A stretch of 64,000 nucleotides of DNA from positions 2,560,001 through 2,624,000 of the forward strand of contig CBDCTH010000012.1 of the NCBI GenBank assembly GCA_965222155.1. Reading direction: 5' to 3'. This DNA is from Gammaproteobacteria bacterium. Its GTDB lineage: Bacteria; Pseudomonadota; Gammaproteobacteria; Eutrophobiales; Eutrophobiaceae. Below, piece by piece: positions 20,112 to 29,999 of the stretch. How positions within the stretch are numbered: position 1 is the first letter of the stretch; each line of letters starts with the position of its first letter. A program made the position numbers and the translations under genes. The notes below the pieces were generated by a model, which made no database searches, was not told where the DNA came from, and worked only from the letters and a program-made list of their open reading frames with translations.

Positions 20112-21093
20112 TAACTATAACGCCGTACTAAATGCCTTTACGAAAGAAGAGTACGACAAAGCCAAAATACTTCTTGCTACTCAAGTAGCTCACATGATGG
20201 GACGCAAACTCGAAGAGACCGACTGGAACGAGGTTTACTGTGCTGCTAAAGGTATCCCGCATAGCGGGTGGAGTAACTTGAATATCGATGTGAATTACTC
20301 CGGTTTAGGCGTTGAGCAGAAACTGCTTAGAGTATCCGGACTACGAGGGCGTCCAATTAAATCAGTATGCGGAACGACTATGATGCACCCCGCTGCAACA
20401 AGGTCAATAAGGATCGATAACACTGACTTAGAGGCAGAAGAAGTAATGCGTGATGTGTTTCAACAATATTCCGGTTTAATTGACATTCGAACCGAGAAAG
20501 TCAGGGAGAATTCTGGCGGAAAAGAACCGGATATGCGTATTGGATGGTTGTTGTGGGAAGATTCGTTGAAAGAGTTTCTTTATTTTGAAGAACCATTAGT
20601 TGCTCCGCAACCGGATTACTATTACGCAGAGTGGAATGAAACACCGTCCAGAGGAGCGAGAAAGGGCGGCAAGAGTTTATGGATATATGAACGGGGTAGT
20701 AACAGGAAAAGATACTCTGTAACTACCAGTGCCGGCATCAAGATTCAACCATATTTTGATGTACCGGCTCCATCTGATGAAAACCTTTATTATTTTCGAG
20801 TTCAGAGTGAACCAGTTGATTATGACACGGTCCGTATATGGGTTTCCTCAACAACGGCAAAGGCAATTCAACGAGAGTTAGGAAGCCTGGAAAAAGATAA
20901 TGTCAGTAATGCGGTAATAAAGACTGCGAAGTTCCCTTCCATCGAAGATACTGGAATATCACCTGATGATGATATGGCACAGCCGATTTTAATTAACCGA
21001 AAAGCTTTTGAGATTTTCAGATCCAGTTGGGAAGGGGTCAGCGACGAGCACCGTGCTCAGTTATTTCTTAAGGCACTATACAAAATAAATTAA
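20104..21093 (+). CDS. Putative restriction endonuclease of unassigned family
   Basis: Overlaps the MTase stop; same AT-rich composition; candidate PD-(D/E)xK motif IDV...VEQK. Confidence 0.6.
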   Translation: MRSNYNAVLNAFTKEEYDKAKILLATQVAHMMGRKLEETDWNEVYCAAKGIPHSGWSNLNIDVNYSGLGVEQKLLRVSGLRGRPIKSVCGTTMMHPAATRSIRIDNTDLEAEEVMRDVFQQYSGLIDIRTEKVRENSGGKEPDMRIGWLLWEDSLKEFLYFEEPLVAPQPDYYYAEWNETPSRGARKGGKSLWIYERGSNRKRYSVTTSAGIKIQPYFDVPAPSDENLYYFRVQSEPVDYDTVRIWVSSTTAKAIQRELGSLEKDNVSNAVIKTAKFPSIEDTGISPDDDMAQPILINRKAFEIFRSSWEGVSDEHRAQLFLKALYKIN

Positions 21094-21180
21094 GAGGCCT
21101 GGCAGTCACAATAATTCTCTCTATCACCGATGAAATAATCTTATCGTCCTGGTTTATAGGAAATCTATTTAACAATATTT

Positions 21181-21220
21181 GGGGTCAGTGTAAAAATTCA
21201 CAGAGTTTTTACACTAACCC
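21181..21220. repeat. GGGGTCAG-type palindromic repeat (near copy at 25072-25113)
   Basis: GGGGTCAGTGTAAAAA...TTTTTACACTAACCC hairpin. Confidence 0.8.
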
Positions 21221-21254
21221 GTGACTTTCCACCGGCTGTCAGCAGACAACGTTC

Positions 21255-21716
21255 TCATACAGGATCTCCGGTTAATCCGGACGGCTCAATCACATCGCAA
21301 CCTGTTATGCCGACCTGTGGCGCTGAAGCCAGCAGACGCTTGTCATTGCTGTAGATTTCCGAGAATCCACACAGTTTGGCAGAGACCAGATGCACGGCAT
21401 CGCCAGTTCGCAGGAATGCGCGCCGGGACAGACTCGTGAATGTGTCGGTTACCGAGGTCAGAATGGCTGACGACAAAGGCAGCCACTCCCAGAGTCTCAT
21501 CGACTCGTCCACGCTCAATTGTCGCAAGATAACGTTAAGTTGCTGCTCGGTAAACTCTCCTTCACGCAGTTTACGGTGGAGAGCAGCATGAAGTTCCAGA
21601 CGTCCATAGATAGAGCAGGCGATGCGTTCGCGACCGCGCGCGAACGCCCGTACTTTTTCCCAGCCATGTTCCTTTACGTAGCACTTCAGTATGTACGCCG
21701 TATCGAAATAAGTCAT
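21255..21716 (-). CDS. vapC: PIN-domain toxin, VapC family
   Basis: YFDTAYILK, LRTGDAVHL, YSNDKRL. Confidence 0.9.
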   Translation of the reverse strand: MTYFDTAYILKCYVKEHGWEKVRAFARGRERIACSIYGRLELHAALHRKLREGEFTEQQLNVILRQLSVDESMRLWEWLPLSSAILTSVTDTFTSLSRRAFLRTGDAVHLVSAKLCGFSEIYSNDKRLLASAPQVGITGCDVIEPSGLTGDPV

Positions 21717-21955
21717 GAACGATCGCGGTCTTCGGATACATATGCCGTCGCATCGCCGGAGACCTCAGGCAAAGCGTCGAACTCGGGGAGCATCCGGCGT
21801 TCACGGAACGATCGACTCGAATCGTCCTCGCAAAACGGTATCAACGAAGCCACAGGACGACCTCGTTCGGTGATGACTACGCCTTCGCCGCGCGCTGCCC
21901 GGCGCACCCATTCGCCAGTCTTGATATGAAGATCACGAATCTTGATTTGCTCCAT
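21713..21955 (-). CDS. Phd/YefM-family antitoxin
   Basis: IKIRDL...VVITERGRPVASLIP; ATGA overlap with the toxin gene. Confidence 0.9.
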   Translation of the reverse strand: MEQIKIRDLHIKTGEWVRRAARGEGVVITERGRPVASLIPFCEDDSSRSFRERRMLPEFDALPEVSGDATAYVSEDRDRS

Positions 21956-22013
21956 GTGCACAAATGTGTCACATTTATCAAGATGAGTCAAGTCTGATGT
22001 GATGCTCTGGGTC

Positions 22014-22068
22014 CAGCAGTTCCCGCTAACTCCCGGGATCGAGGGCATCCTGCCCTCGTGGAGGGCGA
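22014..22068 (-). repeat. Partial copy of the MITE at 28507-28682
   Basis: Reverse complement matches 28628-28682. Confidence 0.85.
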
Positions 22069-22080
22069 AGGACTCTATTG

Positions 22081-22998
22081 TCAAGCCGACAGGTTCTCAT
22101 GTAGCAGCCTGATATGCTCAGGACCGATGCCACAACATCCGCCGATAACCCGTACACCATGGCTGACCCATTGCCTTGCATAGCCAAGATAATCCTGTGG
22201 GCTTATGATATTCTCGAACTTCCAGCTCGGCGGGATGAAATGCCCGCTTTCCGCATAGGCAAACACGGGACCGTCCCATAACTCGTTCAACTCCGTCAGG
22301 GCCGGCCCGGTGTGGTGGACGCTGGTATGCATCACGCCTGCCACGTCACAACCCACCGACAGGACTTCCTCCACCATTTTTTTGAACGGGATTATCTTAA
22401 GCTCAAGTCCCCGGACTGAAACGTAGTTGGTCACTTCGTTATAGTCATTCATGAAAGCGCTGAAACCCGTCCATACCGGTATTCCCGTTGATCTGGCCGC
22501 GCCAACCACGATGCGGGCATTGTCAATGTCCCGCATCATCTCCGCGATAATAAGCTCGGCGCCGGCTTCCACTAGTAACTCGGCCTGACGCAAGTAACCT
22601 TCCTTGGCCGTAGCGTCCGTCGGCATACGGACAGAATCAAACGCCGGTGTAGAAGACATGGAAGCAGCAACACATACGTCCTGTCCGGTGTTATCACGCG
22701 CCTGTAACGCCAGATGTACCGCGGACTGGTTGATTTCCGCGATTTTATCTTCCAGTCCCAGGCGCTGGAGTATGTGAGGCGCTGTGCTGAATGTGTTGGC
22801 GATTATCACATCAGCGCCGGCATGGATGTAACTCTCGTGGACCCGCCGTACCACCTCGGGTTGTTCCATGTGGGCGATACCGCACCAAGCCAGGTCGTTC
22901 ATCCTGACGCCCTGCCGTTCTATCTCCGAACCGGTTCCCCCATCGAGCAGGACTATATCCCCGTTATCTATCTTATCTTTGATAATACGGTAGCTCAT
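22081..22998 (-). CDS. Homocysteine S-methyltransferase family protein
   Basis: LLDGGTGSEI, HESYIHAGADVI, IGGCCGIGPEHI. Confidence 0.92.
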   Translation of the reverse strand: MSYRIIKDKIDNGDIVLLDGGTGSEIERQGVRMNDLAWCGIAHMEQPEVVRRVHESYIHAGADVIIANTFSTAPHILQRLGLEDKIAEINQSAVHLALQARDNTGQDVCVAASMSSTPAFDSVRMPTDATAKEGYLRQAELLVEAGAELIIAEMMRDIDNARIVVGAARSTGIPVWTGFSAFMNDYNEVTNYVSVRGLELKIIPFKKMVEEVLSVGCDVAGVMHTSVHHTGPALTELNELWDGPVFAYAESGHFIPPSWKFENIISPQDYLGYARQWVSHGVRVIGGCCGIGPEHIRLLHENLSA

Positions 22999-25053
22999 GG
23001 TGTCATTGCCTGCTCACGTTCAAAGACTATGTTGCCATCGAAAATTGTCATATCCACCTGCGTCTTTCCAATTTTGTCGGCCTGTCCATGCTCAGCCATT
23101 TCTACGACGTTTTGATTCAATACTATCAGGTCAGCAGTTTTCCCGACTTCAATACTACCCAGCTTGTCATCATGGCCCATCAGACGTGCTGTAAGCAGCC
23201 AGGGCATCATGAATAGTGATACGTTGACCGGCATTCATCACCACGCCGTCTGCCTCCCGGGTCACTGCGGCCTGCATACTGGGAAAGGGGATAGGGTCAC
23301 GCCTACCCACCGGGGCGTCACTCCCCCATGTCAGGATACCACCGGCATCCATCACTGATTTAACCGGGTAAACATTCTGCATGTAATAGTGTTGAGGGTT
23401 ATACAAATCTGCAATGCCGTCTACCTTATCAATGAAGGGAATCACCATCACATCGTAGTCAACGTCCGGGAATATCCAGACATAAGTAAACGCGACATAG
23501 ATACCCAGATCGCCCATACGTTTGACATCATCGGGATGCGCTAACTGAACGTGGGTAATGCTTTGCGTTAAATTTTTCGCGTCTGCCTCCTGTTTAACTT
23601 CAGAAAATGCGTCTATTGCGGCGCGTACTCCACGATCTGATAGTGCATGAATATGGACATGAAATCCTGCAGCTGTCATCTGTCGTACATATTCCTTTAT
23701 ATACTCTTCGCTGTGTTCCAGTACACCGCCGCTTTTTATACATTGTGCCGGTTGATAACCATGTTTATCTGCAAACTTTTGGATCAAGTCGGGTTTAGCG
23801 TAATTATCCGGATGTTTACGCACCTCCGTACAGGTTGCGCCATCCAGGTCGACATAACCGCTAATCTCGACCGATTCCGTCCCGGTATTGATTGAGAATA
23901 CAGGCTATTCAAATTCACCAAAAATCGCCGCAACGGGTAATGTGGGCGGTTGAGCAAAGGGATTGCCTTCCAATACGGCATCAGCAAAGAGTTTGACCGC
24001 ATTCGGCTGGATGAGGGTACTGTTTTTCAGTTTCTCTCTTTGAGCTTTGAAATATTCAACATGTGCAGGAATCTGTGCCAGGTCTCCTGCATAATGAGAA
24101 TCATCAGAGAGGTGGTAGAAAGCTGTTCTTAAACGGAAAGTCATCCGCCCGCTTTTCTCCAGCCAGTCATAACATTCCAGTAGTTCCGAAACTGAATAGG
24201 GATCCTGAATTGAGGTAATGCCGGATGCAGCCAGTTTTGCTGCGACGGCAGGCATCGTGTCTTCAGCAGTACCGTGCAGTCCCATCATATCTTCAATAAA
24301 ATCCGGCCGTACTATCATGCGTGCGCCTTCATTCAGACCGCCGGCAGGTTCACCGGATTCATCCACGGCAATCATTTCCCTGAAATCGGCAAAAACGGTC
24401 TCGATTGTCTCCTTGTTCAAACCCACCACCTTTCCGTTTTTGTCTCTTGCCTGTGCCAGGGCCAGACTGTTGACTGCGGCATGATGACCATCGTCACCCC
24501 ACATGATAATCGGGTGCTTGTCTGATGCGGCATCCAGGGCAGCACGTATTGTTTTCAGTCTTTCACTCGGCTGGTTACCGCTGGAGAATGGCCACTGCAA
24601 GACCACCAGCCAATCACCTTCGGCTATCTGATAGTCCTCAATACATCCCTGTAGAAAAGGCACCATTTCTTCAAGCGATTTCGCGCCACCTTTGAAATCA
24701 CACATATCCGGTTCCACAACACCGGTGGCGTGGATATGCATGTCATGCAGTCCCGGCATCAGCATACGCCCACCCAGATCACGCACCTCTGTGTTGTTGC
24801 CGATAAACTTGTTGGCCTGATCGTCACTACCGACATAGATAATTTCGTTGCCGCGAATCGCAACAGCCTCTGCGACTGTACGACTGTCGTCTACAGTGTA
24901 GACATAGGCATTGGTCAGTAGGAGGTCGGCCGGCTCAACGGCAGGAAGTGGCGTGCCGGGTTGACTTGTCGATTGTTGTTGTTCCTGGGAACAGCCAACC
25001 AAAGTCGTGCTGAAAATAAAAAATAGAACAAGTAAATGATTCGTCAGGTTCAT
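22995..25053 (-). pseudogene. YtcJ-like amidohydrolase lipoprotein, disrupted
   Basis: Lipobox LVGC, PGLHDMHIH, VKLFAD, HIHALSD, GSDAPV, GSIEVGKTADL; in-frame TAG at 23905-23907 and a frameshift near 23190. Confidence 0.85.
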
Positions 25054-25071
25054 GGTATATCCTAGATATTT

Positions 25072-25113
25072 GGGGTCAGTATAAAAAATCCTGTGAGTTT
25101 TTACACTGACCCC
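25072..25113. repeat. GGGGTCAG-type palindromic repeat
   Basis: GGGGTCAGTATAAAAA...TTTTTACACTGACCCC. Confidence 0.8.
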
Positions 25114-25277
25114 TGACTTACAACAGTGAGTTCAATATGAGGCGCGCAGTAAAGCACACAAGTGCTTTACTGCGTAGCATTCAATCCTGTTTTCAGGCGT
25201 CATGGGCGATGAACCGGATGAATGTAGAGCTTTTCGGAACTGGGATGAAGGCCCAGAAAATACGCGAGACCGCAGCC

Positions 25278-25493
25278 TTACACAGCGATAGGCGTGAGAC
25301 TGAACACGCGCGAATATTTTGCAGCAGTCTTAACGTCACCTCGACGAAGAGCCTCCCGTACGTCGTCGAGACGATACGCGTCTTCGAAAGAAAGATACGG
25401 AGACCATCCTTCAGGTTCCTCCATTAACTCTACGTCAACTTCTGCTACATAGTTTCTTTCATGGATGAACTTCGTTTTTGTTCTCTTACTCAT
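25278..25493 (-). CDS. Small conserved protein, probable antitoxin-like partner of DUF4258 genes
   Basis: YVAEVDVEL..GWSPYLS.EDAY.LDDVREALRRGD pattern. Confidence 0.65.
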   Translation of the reverse strand: MSKRTKTKFIHERNYVAEVDVELMEEPEGWSPYLSFEDAYRLDDVREALRRGDVKTAAKYSRVFSLTPIAV

Positions 25494-25688
25494 TTGCGTC
25501 TCCGGAAGATTTCATCAATGTAATAAAAACCTCAAGTCGATCCTTCGTTGCTCAATCAATTCGTCAAGTCTGGTATCATCTCCCACATGCATATCTTTAT
25601 TGAGACTTGATGATCCGTTAAATTTGTTTTTTTCAGCAACCGGTTCATTATTAAACTATTCCAAAAAAATGCATATAAGGAGCATAGT

Positions 25689-26696
25689 ATGAAGGCGATT
25701 GTATTAGAAGAACTCGGCGGTCCGGATAACCTGAAGATAAAGGAGGTGGATACGCCAGAGGCGGGACCGGGTGAAGTACGGGTAAAGCTGCAAAACTCTG
25801 CACTGAACCGGCGTGATTACTGGATCACCATCGGCAGGTATCCGCGCACGAGTCTCCCCTGTACCACCGGTTCCGACGGCGCCGGGACAATTGATGCCGT
25901 TGGTGAGGACATTGATGACGTTGTAATCGGTAATGAGGTGGTAGTCTACCCGGCCAGGGAATGGGGTGACAGCGAGGCCGTGTCCGGGCCGAATTTCCGC
26001 GTGCTGGGTATGCCGGACCAGGGCACGTTTGCCGAGTACATCTGCTGCCCGACTACGGATGTCTATAGCAGACCCGCGCACCTGAGCTGGGAGCAGTCAG
26101 CTGCTGTACCACTGGCCGGTCTGACGGCCTGGCGCGCCGTTGTGACACAGGCTGAGGTAAAAGCGGGACAAACCGTGCTGGTGACGGGGGCCGGCAGCGG
26201 CGTTTCCACCTTTGCCATCCAGTGGGCCAGCGCGTTCGGCGCAGAGGTCTATGTGACCAGTGGGTCGGAAGAAAAAATCGACAAGGCGAAATCCATAGGC
26301 GCCACTGACGGCGTCAGCTATAGACAAGAGGACTATCATAAAATCCTGAAAAAACAGGCCGGCGGCTTTAATGCCATCATCGATAGCGCCGGCGGGGATG
26401 ATATGAATAATCTTCTCGGTACCTTGAGGCCCGCCGGGCGGTTTGTGTTCTTCGGTGCTACACTCGGCGTGCCCTCGACCGGTCTGGAAATACCAAGACT
26501 GTTTTTCAACCAGACACGCATTCAGGGGACAGTGCTGGGATCCAATGCCGAATTCAAGGCGATGCTGGACTTCGTCAGCGAGAACAAAATTGAACCGGTC
26601 GTGGACCGGGTCCTGCCCATGAGTGAGGCCATCGCCGCACACAAGCTGCTGGAATCATTCGGCCAGATGGGTAAAGTTGTTTTGCAGAATAGTTGA
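25689..26696 (+). CDS. MDR-family zinc-binding dehydrogenase / quinone oxidoreductase
   Basis: GSDGAG, GLTAWRA, VLVTGAGSGV, GKVVL. Confidence 0.92.
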   Translation: MKAIVLEELGGPDNLKIKEVDTPEAGPGEVRVKLQNSALNRRDYWITIGRYPRTSLPCTTGSDGAGTIDAVGEDIDDVVIGNEVVVYPAREWGDSEAVSGPNFRVLGMPDQGTFAEYICCPTTDVYSRPAHLSWEQSAAVPLAGLTAWRAVVTQAEVKAGQTVLVTGAGSGVSTFAIQWASAFGAEVYVTSGSEEKIDKAKSIGATDGVSYRQEDYHKILKKQAGGFNAIIDSAGGDDMNNLLGTLRPAGRFVFFGATLGVPSTGLEIPRLFFNQTRIQGTVLGSNAEFKAMLDFVSENKIEPVVDRVLPMSEAIAAHKLLESFGQMGKVVLQNS

Positions 26697-26703
26697 GGTA
26701 TCT

Positions 26704-28314
26704 TTAAAAATCATACAGGAGCGCGATCATCCCGATTGCGATGATTGCAACCAAAAGATACAGGCTGCTCAGGTAATGGCGTCGTTTGAGCGTCCCTTCC
26801 CTGGCTGCCGTTAATTCCTGTCCGAGAGTGCCATAACGGCTTGGTAAAAATGTACCGAGGTATTCACTCAGGAAGTTACTTGTACGTTGAGTCGGCAGGC
26901 CCATGTCATGCATCAGTTCGTCAACGTAATGAGAGATATATGGCCCTGTAAATATGCCATCTTCGGATTCCGGCACCCTTTGTTTCGCCCAGTTTTCCAG
27001 CTGTTCAATTTGCCGGTCCATCTCTTCGACCGGCGGCAGGGTCATATTTCCCGTAAAACTTTGTAGCGCCCAGTGGGCGCCTATTTCAGAAGACAACGGA
27101 CAGGTAAGGGTTGGAAAAAATCCCAGGAATGCCAGTCTCGGTTGCCCGGGAGGTAATATCCGCCGGAATAAATGGAATCGGCCGTTTTTGAACACCCGCG
27201 CGCTCAGTTCCTCGCTCAGGAACGATAAATCACGCCGCCATCCTGTGGCAAGGATAACCAGATCTGCCTCCAATCGTGTTCCATCGTCGAGTTCCAGTCC
27301 TGTTTCATGAAATCCGTTGACGCCGGCCCGTTTGGCGCTGATACGGCCGGCATTCAGCAAGTCAAAGAAGTCGTCGACCTGCCCCACGCTTTCGAATCCG
27401 TTCGGTAATTTTTGTTCAGGCACCATAAGCTTCGGCATGTCCAGAACACGGGGCACAATGGCGCTCATAAAGGTCCACCAGAGCCACACGAGCGGTTTGC
27501 CCGGGCCGTGCAATACTGCTTCACCCCGTGGACGGACAGGATAATAGACAAACATCTCGATAAACCGTGAGATAAACCGTAAATCACTGCGGGCACCGCC
27601 GGGCAGATAACGCGGCACCATCCAGTGCGGTCTGCGAAAGACTATGGTAGAGGATTTTCCTTCACGGGCTGCCCATGCGGCACAATCGAGTGCCGATTTG
27701 CCAGCGCCAACGACGACCACCCGCTGAGCATCTGCAACAGCGGGGTCAGTACATTGACTCGAATGGCGTACCATGCCCTTGAAAGCCTCCACTCCTGGAA
27801 AGTCCGGCATCGAAGGCATGGAAAAGGCCCCCGAGCAAATGACGACAAAAGAGAACTCATACTCGCCCTTGTTGTCGTGGTCGGCCGTTGAGCGAACTGT
27901 CAGATTGAAGCCCTGCTTTCCATCATTACCGGTTTCAGCAAGGTGAACTACTTCACTATTAAAATTGATATGACGATACAAACCAAAATGATCTGCATAG
28001 GATTCCAGGTATTCACGGACTTCCCCGGCATCAGGATAACCACTGGTGGAATTCGGATAGGGATAGTCAGTATAGCCATAGGTTTCTTTTGCAGTATTCG
28101 CCCGCAAACCGGGATAGGCGCGCGCAACAGCCCAGACCCCGCCCAGGGTAGCCTCCTTTTCGAAGACAAGGACGTCGAACCCGTTTTCCAGAAAGATTTT
28201 AGCCGTAGAGAGACCGGCAATACCGGAGCCTATGATGCCGACCCGTTGTACCGGATTCGTGCCTTTAGCCGGCCTTTCGGCAGTTCCTGATATTGCACCT
28301 GTATTATCGCTCAT
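26704..28314 (-). CDS. Flavin-containing monooxygenase (class B) with C-terminal hydrophobic anchor
   Basis: GSGIAG, GGVW, FKGMVRHSS, GAGKSALD, LATG; RBS before MSDNT. Confidence 0.9.
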   Translation of the reverse strand: MSDNTGAISGTAERPAKGTNPVQRVGIIGSGIAGLSTAKIFLENGFDVLVFEKEATLGGVWAVARAYPGLRANTAKETYGYTDYPYPNSTSGYPDAGEVREYLESYADHFGLYRHINFNSEVVHLAETGNDGKQGFNLTVRSTADHDNKGEYEFSFVVICSGAFSMPSMPDFPGVEAFKGMVRHSSQCTDPAVADAQRVVVVGAGKSALDCAAWAAREGKSSTIVFRRPHWMVPRYLPGGARSDLRFISRFIEMFVYYPVRPRGEAVLHGPGKPLVWLWWTFMSAIVPRVLDMPKLMVPEQKLPNGFESVGQVDDFFDLLNAGRISAKRAGVNGFHETGLELDDGTRLEADLVILATGWRRDLSFLSEELSARVFKNGRFHLFRRILPPGQPRLAFLGFFPTLTCPLSSEIGAHWALQSFTGNMTLPPVEEMDRQIEQLENWAKQRVPESEDGIFTGPYISHYVDELMHDMGLPTQRTSNFLSEYLGTFLPSRYGTLGQELTAAREGTLKRRHYLSSLYLLVAIIAIGMIALLYDF

Positions 28315-28506
28315 ATTTTCTCCTGCTTTGTGTGGTGATTTACCGCAAACCACTGAATTAAAAAATCGGCGCTCGTTACTCAGTCGATACTGAAGTATTC
28401 TAATCGTATCCCACTTCAATTGCCTCACCTCCTTCTTACACATCCTGCTAAACCGGTTCGATGCCATGGACAAAGGAGAGCGATGAACCTGGTCCATGGC
28501 TGGAGG

Positions 28507-28682
28507 CAGACGCTACCGCTAAATCGAGGTCAATACAGTGATTCTTGCCGGATTCGAGACAGGGGGGACAGATTTAAATCTGTCCCCCAGGAGTCACGGG
28601 GCCCGTTTCCCTGGGAGGGAGGGCGTCTCGCCCTCCACGAGGGCAGGATGCCCTCGATCCCGGGAGTTAGCGGGAACTGCTG
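28507..28682. mobile_element. 176-bp MITE with an 8-bp target duplication
   Basis: Ends CAGACGCTACCGCTAA / TTAGCGGGAACTGCTG; GCTGGAGG repeated at 28499-28506 and 28683-28690; internal GGGGACAGATTTAAATCTGTCCCC palindrome. Confidence 0.8.
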
Positions 28683-28793
28683 GCTGGAGGCCTCAGCATT
28701 TTATCGATGGCCACTATTCCGATATAATGGTTAGCAAGATCAGCAAGGCGGGTAATGTCGTTTTGCAGAATAATTAACAATGAGTTAAGGAAT

Positions 28794-29999
28794 ATGAATC
28801 AAGCAATCATTTATGCCGGGGTGCGTTCGCCATTTGGCCGTTATGGAGGCGGTCTGTCAGTGAAGAGGCCGGACGATCTGGCAGCCGCTGTTATCAGGGC
28901 TTTGCTGGACCGAAGTGGTATTGAGAGCAGCCTGGTGGAGGATGTCGTGTTCGGCAACACCAACCAGGCGGGTGAAGATAGTCGAAACGTGGCGCGCAAT
29001 GCCGCCTTGTTGGCCGGCATGCATACATCGACGGGCGGAGCGACCGTCAATCGATTATGCGGCAGCGGCGCGGCGGCAACCCTGGACGCAGCCCGCGCGA
29101 TCAGTTGCGGGCAGGGGCAGTTGTTCATCTCCGGCGGCGTGGAGAGTATGAGCCGGGCGCCCTGGGTACTGAGCAAGGCGGAAACCAGCTTTGATCGCAA
29201 CCAGCAGATGTATGACACTGTTCTCGGCTGGCGTTTCCCCAACAAGTCACTCCTCAAGCAATACGGTGACGACACCATGCCGCAGACCGCGGATAACGTC
29301 GCCAGGGACCTGAACATCAGCCGGGAAGACAGCGATGCCTTCGCGTATGCCTCACAGCAAAAATACCAGGCGGCAAAAGATGCCGGTTTTTACGCGGATG
29401 AACTGGTTGAAATTGAAGTACCGGCAAAACGGCGCAAAGACCCGCCGGTAAAAGTGACGACCGATGAGCATCCCAGGCCCGCTACCACCCTGGAGAAATT
29501 ATCAACCTTGCCCGCCTTGTTTGACGGCGGTGTCGTGACTGCCGGCAATGCTTCCGGCATCAATGACGGCGCTGCGGCGCTGCTGCTGGGTAATGAGGAT
29601 ATCGGTAAAAAGCTGGGTATGACGCCACGCGCACGCATCCTGTCCGGCGCCATCGCCGGGGTTGAACCCCGGGTGATGGGGGTAGGCCCTGTCCCTGCAT
29701 CACAGAAAGCCCTGCAGCGAGCGGGCTTGTCTTTGTCCGATATGGATGTGATTGAGATAAACGAAGCCTTTGCAACCCAGGTACTGGGATGTCTGAAACA
29801 ACTGCAGATTGATTTTCAGGATGAACGGGTCAACCCGAACGGCGGCGCTATCAGTATCGGACATCCGCTGGGCGCATCCGGGGCGCGCCTCATATTGACG
29901 GCCTTACGCCAACTGGAAAATATCCAGGGCCGTTATGCGCTCATTACCATGTGCATCGGCATCGGCCAGGGCATCGCTGTTGTTATCGAACGAATTTAA
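28794..29999 (+). CDS. pcaF: Thiolase, 3-oxoadipyl-CoA thiolase (PcaF/PaaJ) type
   Basis: NQAGEDSRNVAR, NRLCGSG, GWRFPN, NEAFA, GHPLGASG, CIGIGQG. Confidence 0.85.
   Translation: MNQAIIYAGVRSPFGRYGGGLSVKRPDDLAAAVIRALLDRSGIESSLVEDVVFGNTNQAGEDSRNVARNAALLAGMHTSTGGATVNRLCGSGAAATLDAARAISCGQGQLFISGGVESMSRAPWVLSKAETSFDRNQQMYDTVLGWRFPNKSLLKQYGDDTMPQTADNVARDLNISREDSDAFAYASQQKYQAAKDAGFYADELVEIEVPAKRRKDPPVKVTTDEHPRPATTLEKLSTLPALFDGGVVTAGNASGINDGAAALLLGNEDIGKKLGMTPRARILSGAIAGVEPRVMGVGPVPASQKALQRAGLSLSDMDVIEINEAFATQVLGCLKQLQIDFQDERVNPNGGAISIGHPLGASGARLILTALRQLENIQGRYALITMCIGIGQGIAVVIERI

Noticed and set aside
23905-23907. In-frame TAG as pyrrolysine or readthrough codon
   Set aside because: A second frameshifting lesion in the same gene and no pyl genes in view; a nonsense mutation is simpler
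21093-25500. Integron cassette array (TA genes plus palindromes)
   Set aside because: No RYYYAAC...GTTRRRY attC structure recognised and no integrase present
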